From: Malacoraja senta
Lineage: Eukaryota
Direction: 5' to 3'
DNA: 63,788 nt
Assembly (NCBI GenBank): GCA_038087875.1
Contig: CM075977.1
Span: forward strand, 217,000,213 to 217,064,000
Shown: one piece after another, positions 25,891-38,073 of the stretch
Layout of the letters: each line of letters opens with the position of its first letter
Numbering within the stretch: position 1 is the stretch's first letter
Notes under the pieces: model-generated
The model's database searches: none
What the model was told of the DNA's origin: nothing
The model's input: only the letters and a program-made list of their open reading frames with translations
Position numbers and translations under genes: made by a program

Positions 25891-26920
25891 TTAAAACAAA
25901 ATAACTAGTGAGGAAAAATGGAATCTGGATGACAAGCCTTCCAATTGAAGTGTTACACTGACAACATTTATTTTACAGTTTTTATTTGATGATAGAATCC
26001 TCATATCTGGGTTATTGAGAAAATTATAAAAATGTTAGACAATTGCATTGTATTAAATATAATTGGGCTATTTGTTTTTAAATAGTCATTATATAATCTG
26101 ATACATTTTGATTTACCCCAATCGCAATGGGAGCTTCTGAGAACTTGTGCAAGAAAAATAAAGGAAGACTTGAAACTAAAAAGTATTTTTTACCCTGGCT
26201 TGAAGCTGAATTTCAGAATTAAGCATTTTAAAATGTGGGCTTTAGTCAGGAGGATTATTTGTTATTCCCTAAACTCATCAGAACTCGCTGCTATATGTTT
26301 GTTTTTCTTGCCACATCTTCTTGAAAGAATAAGCCATTTCTCCCTGAATTCTTTTGATCTAACTTCTGTAATGAGCAGTTTATTAATCTTTCCACATTCA
26401 TGTTTGGTGAAAATTTGTCTTTTCATTCTTTTGATTATAGTATATCTTAGTATACTATAAATCTATCGTTCTCTGGCTTGTACGAAGAAGCTGCAACATA
26501 GATTTTTGCAAAAAAAAAATTTTTATCACCCCTCAATTAGATGATTTTATGGCTGGATTATTTGGCGTTTTATTGTTGATTTTGTTTTGTGAATTTCTGA
26601 CAGTGATATAAACCGCCAGTTTGGTGAGGGCTATGATCATTTTGGGATTCTGATGTGAATGCTGACCTTTGAGAAACTGGATTAGTCCAATGCTGGGATT
26701 TGAAAGTTAAAGGTTGATTGGAAATTTACAAACTGGTACATGTGCAGGCAAAGTTTTTTTCTTCTCCCAGAAGGTTTTTTTTTTCAGGATGTAGGACTCT
26801 GAAGAAACTGGATGATGTAATGGGAAGCCAGATGGTATGGTTTTCTAAAGGGGTAAACACAAATGGACCAAGAGGATGTTTTCATTGAAGTTTATCTTGT
26901 GAAATTCTTTCCAAATTGAT

Positions 26921-27145
26921 TAAGATGGAACTGCAGATGCTGGAAAATCGAAGGTAGACAAAAATGCTGGAGAAACTCAGCGGGTGAGGCAGCATCTATG
27001 GAGCAAAGGAAATAGGCAACGTTTTTGGTCGAAACCCTTCTTCAGACTGATCAAGAAGATCAGTCTGAAGAAGGGTTTCGAGCCGAAACGTTGCCTATTT
27101 CCTTCGCTCCATAGATGCCCACTGAGTCTCCAGCATTTTTGTCTA
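26921..27145. mobile_element. Fold-back Penelope-like element with hammerhead motifs on both arms
   Basis: About 90-bp inverted arms around an aagaa loop; 14-bp TSD ctttccaaattgat at 26907-26920 and 27146-27159. Confidence 0.85.
27061..27095 (+). ncRNA. Minimal type I hammerhead ribozyme motif (one stem II mismatch)
   Basis: CTGAAGA (27065-27071), A, gggt-ttcg-agcc, GAAAC (27085-27089), GTT. Confidence 0.6.
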
Positions 27146-27620
27146 CTTTCCAAATTGATGTTACCACAGCACGGGTAACATCGGTTTTAGAAACAGTAAA
27201 CTTAAGTGCAATGAATTAAGGCAATATTTGACCAACGAATTTTGCTGTGTGATGTATTTATAATCTAATTTGGCAGAATGTATAAATTTTGCACAGTCTC
27301 TAACTTTTCAAAATGCAGTGTTTTATCTCATTTCAATCAACCGATCATAGCATTATGATTTGTAAGGTTCTGCATCAACAGGAATTTTTTTTTCTCCAAA
27401 AAAAAGTAACATGTTGTTCACTTCTTCTACAATTAGTCTGTTAAGCATAGTTTTAATTCATGGACTTGAAATGCTAACGTGAATATTTTAAGTTCATAAT
27501 CATCTTGCATTAAAGATCTGGAATTATTAACTTCACCCTATTAATTTGTATATTTTGTAAATTGCATTCTGCCATTGTTTGGAGTTGCATTATAATGTAC
27601 AAATGCGCTTTCCACCCAAA

Positions 27621-27626
27621 AATAAA
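27621..27626 (+). terminator. Candidate SCAMP1 distal poly(A) signal
   Basis: AATAAA with upstream TGTA motifs and a downstream GU-rich tract ttattgtttgtgtt (about 27657-27670). Confidence 0.5.
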
Positions 27627-28175
27627 AATACAACCAACTGAAGAGCAGTTCCAAGGTTATTGTTTGTGTTCACTTTGGTCTTGCTATTTTGAAGGATATG
27701 GCACCTAATTCTAGAGAATGTTGGAAAAGAACATTTGACAAAAATGCTTCATTTTGGTGCACTTTTGTATAAACTACAAATTTAGGGGTTCCTGATTTAG
27801 GGTGGAGATATTTCTAAATTGCAGAATCTAATTTGAAGGATTGTATTTATGAAACCCCCTCTTTCTATTTAGCAGAAGGAGAACATGAAGGAATGTTGTT
27901 GTTTTTGATTTAAAGGCAAAATGTAAAGCTGTTGGAAATGCTTGGCAGGTCCAGCTTTGCTAGTGCAGAGGGAACAATTTGCCCGCATTACATATGGGTG
28001 ACGTACAGTAGAAATGACCAATTGTGATACTAACAGAAGAAGTGAGTTCCCTGAAGTTGTTGAATTTGATGTCAGAGTTGGAAAAGCTGGAACTTGCTGA
28101 AACAGACACTGAATGATGTTTCTCGAGCTGGTGTTGGGCTTTGATATATCAGTGCAGGAGGCCGCAGGCATGTAT

Positions 28176-28320
28176 TTTAGTTTTAGATATGCAGCATGGA
28201 AACAGGCCCTTTAAGCCCACCGAGTCCATGCCATCACAGGGAGAACTTGCAAACTCCGCAGACCGCACGCGAGGTCAGGATCAAACCCGGATCCCTGGCG
28301 CTGTGAGGCCGCCACTGTGC
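28176..28320 (-). mobile_element. HE1-like SINE, internally deleted
   Basis: Tail and head pieces of the family. Confidence 0.7.
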
Positions 28321-28643
28321 TACCAAGATTAAGTACCTGGATAGTAGAGAGCAGGTAAAATAGCTGGTTTGGGAAGTTAGTTTGAGACTGATGAATAAAC
28401 TATTAACGTGGAGGATACAATCATATCAAAGCATCCAAAGGGAAGAAGATGATGTTTGTTGGTGTCGTCACATTGAGAAATAATGAGGATAAACCATAAC
28501 CGTGGAGGCTAGTGAATTGAAAGGCAAAAAGAGAAAGGAATAGGCTGAGACCAAAAGAGTAGTGAATGGGGCAGACACTGTTAAAACCCCTGTCAATGAC
28601 GGTGGAACAAAATCCTCGGTTGGGTTCTATTGTCCACCCTTTA

Positions 28644-29078
28644 AGGGCCTGTCCCACGGGCATGCGACTCCATGCGGCAAGCGCGACCTAACCACAAGCG
28701 GGGGCCACGCGGAGGTCGAGTGATCTCCATACAGGGCCGGTCCCACCAGCATGCGGCAAGCGCTACCAAATCGGAAGCGGGGGCCGCGCAGAGGTCGAGT
28801 GCCATCAAGACGGTGCGTACGGCGGCGAAGCGGTGCGCACGGCCGTCGATGCGGCGCGCACGGCGTCGTTGCGGCTGCAGGGCGGCAGGCCGTTGCCGCA
28901 CGGAATTTTTGAACAGTGTCAGTATTTCGGAGCCCCGCGCGATGTCGGGACCAGCTCCGCACAACTCCATGCGGCTCCCGCGATCGAAGTGCGACTGGCC
29001 GCGCGACCTCCGTGCGGCCCCCGCTTGCGGTTAGGTCGCGCTTGCCGCATGGAGTCGCATGTCCGTGGGACAGGCCCT
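28644..29078. mobile_element. GC/CpG-rich PIF/Harbinger-type MITE
   Basis: About 75-bp TIRs starting AGGGCCTGTCCCAC; TTA TSD at 28641-28643 and 29079-29081. Confidence 0.9.
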
Positions 29079-29124
29079 TTAGTCTTCAACAATTCTCCTT
29101 CCCATTTCCATGTAACACCTCTCC

Positions 29125-29867
29125 AAGTTTTGTCAGAGCATTTCGGTATTCTAGTACCTGAAAATCAGTATTTTGCTGAGGACATCAGTATTTTTACTCT
29201 GTGTCATTTTGCTGAATTTATTTTAATTTTTTATGTGCGGTCATACCCATGTAAGAGTACAAGAATGCATAGCATTGCTACCAATTGACATTTCCTCTAC
29301 GCACCTTGACAGTGCATTCATTGCCATCTCTTTGTATACTGCTGTTTGACCGGCTGCTTCCTGCTTTTAGCACCAGATGATGATGATGTAGAAGCCATTT
29401 TGGAAGCCTCCCTCTCCCTCCCTCGCTCTCTCCCTCCTTCCTCTTTCCCTCTCTCCCTCCCTCCCTCCTCCCTCCCCGAACAGGCTGTGGCCATAGCGCT
29501 ATGTGTAAAGCCCATAGCGCTCCAGCCAGCAGCGCTATATTTAGGACCCATAGAGCTGTAGCCGACAGCTCTTCGTTTAAATTCCCACGGGCAAAACTGA
29601 CAGCCCTGTTTAAACCTGAAGCGGGACAGGCTGATCAAAGCTTACAAAAATAATCATTCAGATCTTGAAATTTAAAATACTAATTGCTATAATTTTTAGA
29701 GGTACAGTATGACTTTTTATATCCTTGCATTTTTTAAGCAGCAAGATGAAAAAGGATGTCGGGCCTATTAAAAAAATATCCGTATTTAACAAAGCAAAAT
29801 CGTACATCCGTATTCTTATCACATTTCCGTACAAAATACGGAAAATCAGTACTACATGGCAGCTCTG
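29125..29867 (-). mobile_element. Decayed hAT-like DNA transposon
   Basis: TIR CAGAGCTGCCA at 29857-29867 (-); degenerate partner at about 29125; flanks cctctcca/cctctccc; subterminal ccgta/tacgg repeats. Confidence 0.55.
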
Positions 29868-30520
29868 CCTCTCCCTTTACCTCCTCCATTCCCACCATCC
29901 ATGGACCCTATTCTTCCAGGTGAAGCAACATTTTACTTGTACTTGTTCAAATCTAGTGTATTGCACTGCCGATCATGGCAACTTCTTGTTTGAGTCTATA
30001 AATAGTATGTGATGAAGGATGGATGCCTGAAAAAAATGTTTTTGTCTGTCTCTTACAATGTTAACTGGCCTAATATTTTATTTTCCCAGTTTCTAATTCC
30101 TCGTAGCTAACCATTTCAACTATGCTTCCCATTCCCATACTTACCTTTGTGCCTGAGCCGCCTCCATTGTCAGAGTGAGGCTACGTTAACTGGAGCACCT
30201 CATATCCTGCTTGGGTAGCTTACAACTCAATGGTATGACCACTGAATTCTCCAATTTTGGGTATCCAACCTCAACAATCGTTGACTTCACAGTTTGCACT
30301 TATCCTCTTATCTCGCAACCTGTTATCTTCTTCCCATGTCTGACCCTCATCCACCCATCTGCCGATCAAACCCCACTCATTTATCACTTGCCAGCCTTTA
30401 TCCCATCACCACCTCTCATCTAGCTTTCTCCCCACTACTGCAAGGTGAAGTCTGAAACGTCACCTTTCCATGTCTTCAGGTGATGCCGCCTGACCTGCTG
30501 AGTTTCTTCACCACATTGTG
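29868..30520 (+). pseudogene. Penelope-like element fossil: GIY-YIG endonuclease C-terminus plus pLTR
   Basis: FQVKQHFTCTCSNLVYC, VANHFN...HCQSEA and LGSLQLNGMTTEFSNF, followed by gaaacgtcacc...gatgccgcctgacctgctgagtt. Confidence 0.8.
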
Positions 30521-30811
30521 CCTTATGTTATTTCTTTTCGTGATTGTCGATTTTGGTAGTTTCAAAATTCCGTTGCGAAGAAAACAGTCGCACAACACAT
30601 AGAGCCATGTTGTAGTTATGAAATGCACACAGCTTTAATACTCCAAATTTGCCCACAAATTTCAGCATTTTTGGAAACACAGAAAGAAATACAAACAGCA
30701 CAGCTGAATTTTCTTGTTACGAAAGCAATACGGTAAATGGCCAGCTTGGACAGTTCTTGGCATGCTCAGCGGAATCACTGAACTAGGTTGGCAGAGACAA
30801 CAGTGAGACAC

Positions 30812-30900
30812 AAAGAAGGGTCCCGACTGAAACATCACCCGTCCATGTTCTCCAGAGATGCTGTCTGACCAGCTGAGTTGCTCCAGCACTTTGTGTCTTT
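30812..30900 (+). mobile_element. Penelope-like pLTR remnant
   Basis: gaagggtcccgactgaaacatcacc...ctccagcactttgtg. Confidence 0.7.
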
Positions 30901-31854
30901 TGCAGCAGAAATGTCAGCTTGGTTTTATAGTTACAAACACCGTAGCGGTATAGTGATAGTGGTTACTGGTGTCGCAATCAATGTTATTGTCCCTTTGAAT
31001 GGAGAGCCGTGATTATATTTTGCTTTGGAATTTGTGTTTGGTGAATCTCCATCAACGGGTAGAAAACTCAGTTGAACTATAGAAAGAAACGGTGATAACT
31101 GAGCCTCAACGAAAAAGCATGATATCCAGCTGGCCATTTAACAATCAACTATCACAGTATTCCATCATGATGGCCGAACACAATGATCACAGTGTAAAAT
31201 AGCGTGCAAAGTAATTTGAAAGAGGGCTGAACAAAACCGTTTTTCTGTAAAATTTATTATACCGATTCCCCCCCCCCCAATTCGTACCTCATTGTCCAAC
31301 AAAGCAGAGGCTGAATAGTGTATTGAGGTTAATATAGCAGAAATGTCATTTAAAAACAATATTGATTGTTCATGATTAGTGGTTGAATGTTACATCCTTT
31401 ATCAATCATTCTTCATGTACATATTAAATTTGGTATAATAAAACGACATAGAAAATGATGAAAACCACATACATTTGTCAAAGGGCACATTGGCAGTCAA
31501 AGAAAATAGTCACCAGCATCTGAATTGTTCCTAGTGTATTACTAAATTGGTCCCTACAAATCCTACACCACACCAATCATGGAGGCTCCTCACTTGCACT
31601 TCCATCTTTGCTCTCTCTGAAGAAAGGTCCTGGGTCTGCACTTGAGTTGGCAAGGGGAACTCGGGTAAGAGTCACATCTGCCTCCCTTTACTCACCAACT
31701 AGTGGTTTCTTTGGCAGCTCTTGTTCAATCCAGCAATAGCCTTAGAAAAAAACAAAGCATGAGGCTGGGGATTTGGCTGGAATTTAGAAATCTGAATATT
31801 ATTTGAGAATTGATGTAACAGAGTGAACGCCTGAGATCACAACTTTAATAACAC

Positions 31855-31990
31855 TCATAAGTTATAGGAGCAGAATTAGACCATCCAGCCCATTAAGTCT
31901 ACTCTGCCATTCAATCATGGCTGATCTATCATTCCCTCTTAACCCCATTCTCCTGCCTTGTCCCCATAACCCCTGATGCCGTTAATACTG
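31855..31990 (-). mobile_element. CR1 3' end
   Basis: Reverse complement of the CR1 3' UTR. Confidence 0.8.
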
Positions 31991-32135
31991 TTAAGGAATC
32001 TTAAAATATTGCTGGAACAAGGGATATTTTGTTTTTACAAAGTAGCTCCAGGAACTAAAATGTTCACTGCAGCTCCAAATAAAAATCCACTTCCCTTCTG
32101 CCATGTACGAATGCTCCATAAGCAATTTCAATTTC

Positions 32136-32141
32136 TTTATT
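32136..32141 (-). terminator. Candidate LHFPL2 poly(A) signal
   Basis: Minus-strand AATAAA at the end of a TE-free 1.75-kb stretch after the stop codon; alternatives near 33000 and 33114. Confidence 0.4.
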
Positions 32142-33898
32142 AATTATTGCACATATTTCACACATGGTGTAAATTTTAAATAATGGCTAATATCTTAAGA
32201 CTATGGCACCTAACATTAAACATATTGACTTAATGAACATCGGCCAGGACTTTTTTAATTTAAAGGTGGTCAATATACAATCGCAGAGCTTAAAAAACCC
32301 CACAGGTTTATCAGCACAGATAATATTTGGCAAGCCAATTTCTGCAGCCCATTCACTTTTCCTATTCACAAACAGCCTGCGAGTCTTCGGAAAGACTTCC
32401 CTCCTACTTACTTTCACAACAGTTCAGTCCTGACGTTGCATCACCACGTTTTGGAGGCATCTTTGCCATCAGCACAACAAACAAACGCAACTATCAAACC
32501 TGGTCAGTTTCAAAGAATGCACAACTTCTGCTTTCCCTTCCCAAACTCAATTCTCCCCATTCTTGCCCTTCCACATAAATCAATTATTTTGGCAATCTTA
32601 AATTCTAATTCTCAAATGCCCGTAATTTTCCTTACTTGAAATGATATAAGGTAGAATTTTTTAAATCAAATGCAACTCCTGAAATTCTTACACTCACAGT
32701 ATCATATCTAACTGGCAGTGGTGGGTCATGACTCAGTCATGCCAGAAGGATAAATTTGACAGCAAATGGAATGCACCCAGTGATAATTTGCATTGAAAAT
32801 TGCTCACATAATGGTAAATGTTTCTCAGAATAGCCAAGGACGGCCAATACTCACTAATATTAAGGTGTGATGGTTCTCAAGTCACTCACAGTGGTTTTAA
32901 GCATTTTCTTTGGCAAATGCCATGAATGCCTGGATCAGAAATAGCATCAGCAATTAATAAGTTTAATATTGCTGGGACCAACTACTGTATTACAAGTTGT
33001 TTATTAACATTCTTCAAATGTTAGCTTCATGCTGACCTTGGACTTGTGACCATCTTGGCAAGTATTACTGTGCATTAAAACCAGCTTTATCCGAAAGATA
33101 TTACTTATGCCATTTTATTTCAGTTGACCTCATAAAAAAAAGTTTACAAAAACATCCTTTCAACTTAAGAGATCTATAACAAGGTCATACTTTGATCTCC
33201 CCATTACTTTCAACCAATTATCTTATGCATGCTCGAAGTCTATATGCCATAGAAAATAACTTGAAGCAACTGCTGTACTCTTCAAGTGGGTTAATGTGCA
33301 ACAATTTCATGCACTTTTATCATAATAGTTTGGGTGATTTTCTTACTAAAGTGCAAGACCATTCGATTAAGGAATGAACCGCACTTTTTTTTTGACTTGG
33401 AAGTTGATTCATAAACATGCTGGTGAAATTGGAAAAAAGATGCTGCGCAAATTTTATAAAGGTTCTTGGTCGTAATGTTGGAAGATGCAGTCTGTATTCC
33501 ACTGCAAATGAAAGTTTAGACTGGAAATTGTTTTCCTTTGACAATTTGGAACATTTTTCTGAATTATCCATCAGCGTTTTGAATGCGTACAGAAGAGCTT
33601 CAATCACCTCTGTCATGTCGAGTGGCTTTAACGTATTAACTCTTGATATGTCCAAGACTGTGTGGCGTTGTTGCAGATAGTTTCTGAAAGGAAATCCCAG
33701 AGTCAGGAATGAAAAAGCGAGTTCAAAAGTTTCTCCATGAAAGCTCTGGGTTTTTGTGAGACATTTGAATGGAGGTCAGGTCCAAATCACTGCCAAACGC
33801 ATGAATTTTAAATTCAATAGGAAGATAGCAAGTGGCCATAATTTCCGGTGCCCCATTTCAAAAACAAATCGAGAATCGCTGAGGTGTAAGGTGTTGTC

Positions 33899-34155
33899 TC
33901 ACAGCAAGCAGATGAGATTCTTCCCTTCTTCGATTTCTTCCTGTACTTTATCACTCGATGTTGCGATTTCTGCTTGGGCTGATAACACCGCACAAAGGAA
34001 TGTGACGACTGTTCCACCAACTGCTGTGTAAAAGGCCCAACCCAGAGAACAGGCACCTAACTGATAAGGTGAAACGTCTGGTCCACAGTAGTCCACCACC
34101 TTCTGAGAACCCCATCCGGCAGGATGCAGGATGAGGCCAAGAATTAGGAAGAGGC
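33899..34155 (-). CDS. LHFPL2: LHFPL tetraspan subfamily member 2, last coding exon
   Basis: tttcag|GC acceptor; [16 protein letters not shown]...[14 protein letters not shown]...[27 protein letters not shown] matches LHFPL2; the upstream coding exon was not found in the window. Confidence 0.96.
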
Positions 34156-34496
34156 CTGAAAGAAACAACAAATGAAATGCATAAGCATACAACAGATTCG
34201 CACGGTATGGCTGATCAAGCATTGTGGATAGTTTTTTAATGGGAAAAACACATAACTATTGAAGCGTCAGAGACCCAGGTTTGATCCTGACCTCTGGTGG
34301 CTGCCTATATGGAGTTTGCACTCGTGCATGAAATTCCATCTACAATAACTTTCCAGACATGTATTAAAATAATTGTGCTACAATTGTAATTCAAATAATC
34401 ATAACTGAAATTCTTGTTTAAAATATGTAATGCAAGATTCTGTTTTAATTGGTCACATGACAAAAATCTACTGTCGGATAAAATCGCCCTAGACCA

Positions 34497-34801
34497 GTTT
34501 AGTTTAGAGATACAGCGCGGAAACAGACCCTTCGGCCCACCCAGCGCGTGGACCAGCGATCACCCCGTACACCAGCACTATCCTACACACTAGGGACAAT
34601 TGAGAATTTTTCCGAAGCCAATTGATCTGCAAACCTGTAAGTGTTTGGAGTGAGGGAGGAAACTGGAGCAGCCGAAGAAAACCCACACGGTCACAGGGAG
34701 AACGTACAAGCTCCGAACAGACAGCACCCGTACTCAGGATCGAACCCGGGTGTCCAGTGCTGTAAGGCAGCAACTCTACCGCTGCGCCACCCTGCTGCCC
34801 C
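34497..34801 (-). mobile_element. HE1-like SINE, full length
   Basis: A box tggcgcagcgg, B box ggttcgatcc, (taaac)n tail. Confidence 0.9.
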
Positions 34802-34935
34802 TAATTCATAATGGGTCTCACTACATAATATGACACATTTTAAAGAATCAGGAATGTCTACAGGGAATCATGCGTACAATGTCATCCCTCAGCGCCCATA
34901 CAAAAAAACTCAAACACGTTTGCTACCATACTAGC

Positions 34936-35725
34936 TCGAAAGGGGGCAAAGATTTACAAGGATGTTGCCATGACGTGAGGGCCTGAGCAAAAGGGAGAGG
35001 TTGAGCAGGCTAGGATTATATTCCTTGGAGCGCAGGAGGATATAGGGTGATCTTATGGAGGTGTACAAAATCATGAGAGGAATAGATTGGGTAAATACAG
35101 AGTCTCTTGCCCAGCGTGGGGGAATCGATAACAAGAAGACATAGATTTAAGATGAGGAGGGTGGGGGGGGGGGGGGGGGGAAGCTTTAATAGTAACCTAG
35201 GATGTAACTTTTTTTACACAAAGGGTGGTGGGTGTATGGAACGAGCTGCGGGAGGAGGTAGTTGAGGCAGGTAATATTGCGACATTTAAGAAACATTTAG
35301 ACAGGTACATGGATAGAATGGGTTTAGAGGGATAAGATCATAAGGAATAGGAATAGAAATAGGCCATTCGGCCCATCAAGTCTACTCGTCTACCCTGCCA
35401 TTCATTCATGGCTGATCTATCTCTCCGTCCTAATCCCATTCACCTGCCTTCGCCCCATAACCTCTGACACCCGTACAAATCAAGAATCTATCTATCTCTG
35501 CCTCAAAGATATCCACTGACTTGGCCTCCACAGCCTTCTGTGGCAAAGAATTTCACAGGTTCACCCCAGTCTGACTCAAGAAATTTTTCCTCATCTCCTT
35601 CCTAAAAGAACGGATATGGGCCAAATGCAGGTGGGTGGAATATGTGTAGATGGGACATGTTGGCCGGTGTGGGCAAGTTGGGCCGAAGGGCCTGTTTCCA
35701 CACTGTATCACTCTATGACTATGAC
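34936..35725 (+). mobile_element. CR1 fragment with nested antisense CR1 (about 35333-35612)
   Basis: CR1 3' region interrupted at gagggata|...|gatatgggcc. Confidence 0.85.
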
Positions 35726-35959
35726 ATCATCAGCTGAATCAAGACATCTGGAACTTCTATTCCCAACAGCAAGCTCTGCTTGAAGCAATTTACTTCAGGG
35801 AATTTGTATTTTATCAACTAATAGAGACCAGGCGCATTAGACATATTTGGCATTGAAGTTCAAAAGTATGTAATTAGCAGAAATTAACAAGTGGAGATTA
35901 ATCTTGAGACAGCATAACAGTGCAGTCTGAGCTGACCCTGAAACCTATGAGTGCAAGTA

Positions 35960-36280
35960 ACCAGGGACTTGGACTAATAAACCAGAGAATGTAAATTGAA
36001 GTTTCACCAAGGAAAGAGAATTTGAAAATCATTTAAAAAATAAAAAATCTGGAATTGTACACTGGCATAATTAAAGTGCCCACAAAACTCTCAGATTGTC
36101 TGTAAAACCATGCTGGAGCAGTCGTGTTCTTTGGGAAGGAGACTTATTCTGACACACTCCACCCACATATAAATCCAGTCTCAGTTAATATAGTTGCTGT
36201 CCTAGCAAACCCTCTTATATTCTGCTCCAAATAAAACTGATCTTGCTGGTGGTGGACAGAAATCATGATGATTTAAAAAA
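35960..36280 (+). mobile_element. Ancient diverged SINE (related copy at about 61470-61730)
   Basis: Degenerate aataaa..atctg...ctgg...ggaagga...blocks shared between the two loci; family assignment from recollection only. Confidence 0.4.
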
Positions 36281-36299
36281 TCCATCAGCCTTTTATTAC

Positions 36300-36897
36300 A
36301 GGTGATAGGAGCAGAATTAGGCCATTCGGGCCATCAAGTCTACTCTGCCAATCAATCATGGCTGATCTATCTCTCCCTCCTAATCCCACTCTCCTCCCCA
36401 TCACCCCTCACACCTGTACTAATCAAGAATCTATCTATCTCTGCCTTAAAAATATCCATTGACTTGGCCTCCGCAGCCTTCTGTGGCATAGAATTCCACA
36501 GATTCATCAAGTCAAGAATGTTTTATTGTCATATGTCCCGGACGGGACAATTAAATTCTTACTTGCTGCAGCACAACAGAATATGTGAATATGTAAACAT
36601 TGTACATAACGGGAAAAAAAAGAAAAAGTTCAATAAATAACAAATATAGTGCAAATAACAAATAATAGTTCAGAGCTCAGAGCTTATTCGATGTTGTGTT
36701 TAATAGTCTGATGGTTGTGGGGAAGAAGCTGTTCTTCCCCATCCTCTGACTAAAGAAATTCCTCCTCATCTCCTTCCTTCCTTTAATTCTGAGGCTATAA
36801 CCTCTAGTCCTAGACTCTCCCACTTGTGGAAACATCCTCTCCACATCCACTCTATCCAAGCCTTTCACTATTTGGTTAGTTTCAATGAGGTCCCCCA
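36300..36897 (-). mobile_element. CR1 fragment with nested Rex1 3' tail (about 36506-36740)
   Basis: Chimeric ORF 36677-36898 joins CR1 NFFSQR to Rex1 KNSFFPTTIRLLN. Confidence 0.85.
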
Positions 36898-37187
36898 TTA
36901 TTGGTCATTTAGATTGGGTCTCATCTTTCAATTGCAGATAATTGGTGTAATTATGATATAGTTTCCTTGGTAACGGAATTGTAACTGAATGGAAAATTTA
37001 CACATTAACCTCGTAAAGACACATTAACAGAAACTGCGGTGGCTGTTTATCACAAAATGAGTCAACTGTTCACTTCCAATAAAACCAAACGGTTGTCTAC
37101 ACAGTTCCCACATCTAGTAATTTATCAGCTACAAAGATAAATAATTAAGCACTAGCTTTCAACTTCATGTTTCTTGTACATTAAAAT

Positions 37188-37487
37188 TTAGTTTAGTTTA
37201 GAGATACAGCCTGGAAACAGGCTCTTCGGCCATCCGGGCCCATGCCAACCAATGATCACCCATACATTAACACTATCCTTCACACTCGGGACAATTTACA
37301 GTAGCCAATTAACCTACAAACCTGCACGTCTTTAGAATGTGAGAGGAAACCAGAGCACCCGGAGAAAACCCACGCGGTCACAGGGAGAACATACAAACTC
37401 CGTACAGGCAGCACCCGTAGTCAGGATCGAACTTGCATCTCTGGCGCTGTAAGGCAGCAACTCTACCGCTGCGCCACTATGTCGCCC
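37188..37487 (-). mobile_element. HE1-like SINE, full length
   Basis: Family head, core and tail. Confidence 0.9.
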
Positions 37488-38073
37488 ACTGAAGGACCAA
37501 CAAACGTAATGTTTCTTTTCTAAGCTTGCATTCCTCTTCAATTCTTTGTCAGAGAGAAAGGACTAAACCACTTCTTGGTGGTTAACCTTCAATTAGTTTC
37601 CGTGGGTTGAAAGACCAAGAAGACCAAGGTCCTGATGCGGTCTGACAAAGAACTTAACACTATTCAAGGGTTTCATAAAATTATACAATCTTGCAGCAAA
37701 GATGCCTTTTTTTAAATAAGGAGCTGAAAAACCTGTCACAGTGAACTCACCTTCTTGTACTTCACCCACAGCTCTGCGATTGTCCCGCTCTCTTTAAATG
37801 GGAATTTAACCCGATGCAGAGTGATTGAAGATCAAAGTTACACTTAGTAATGGGAATACTGCTCAAGTCAGGGATGGGAGAACTACCTTTGTGAACATAG
37901 AAAAAAGGGGCTAAATAGGAAATGGTATTGCAATTGTGCACGTTAACAGTGGATCTAAAAAAAGAACGCTGTGCGTCGTACATTTTTGGAGATGTAAAAT
38001 AGAATTAAGTTCATAACATATGCTTTATGTTTCCACACTGTTTCTTGCAAATAATAACACAGATGATGACTTG

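Larger units (their letters stand above)
20466..27650 (+). other. SCAMP1: Putative long SCAMP1 3' UTR (extent inferred)
   Basis: U-rich and free of recognisable TEs to about 24150; TGTAAATA at 20762; AATAAA at 22857 and 27621. Confidence 0.45.

Noticed and set aside
28627-29288. Stacked Arg/Ala-rich ORFs on both strands
   Set aside because: These are stop-poor frames produced by a GC-rich palindromic MITE; no protein motif.
34156-34222. N-terminal extension MLDQPYRAN... of the LHFPL2 ORF
   Set aside because: Intronic read-through upstream of the tttcag acceptor.
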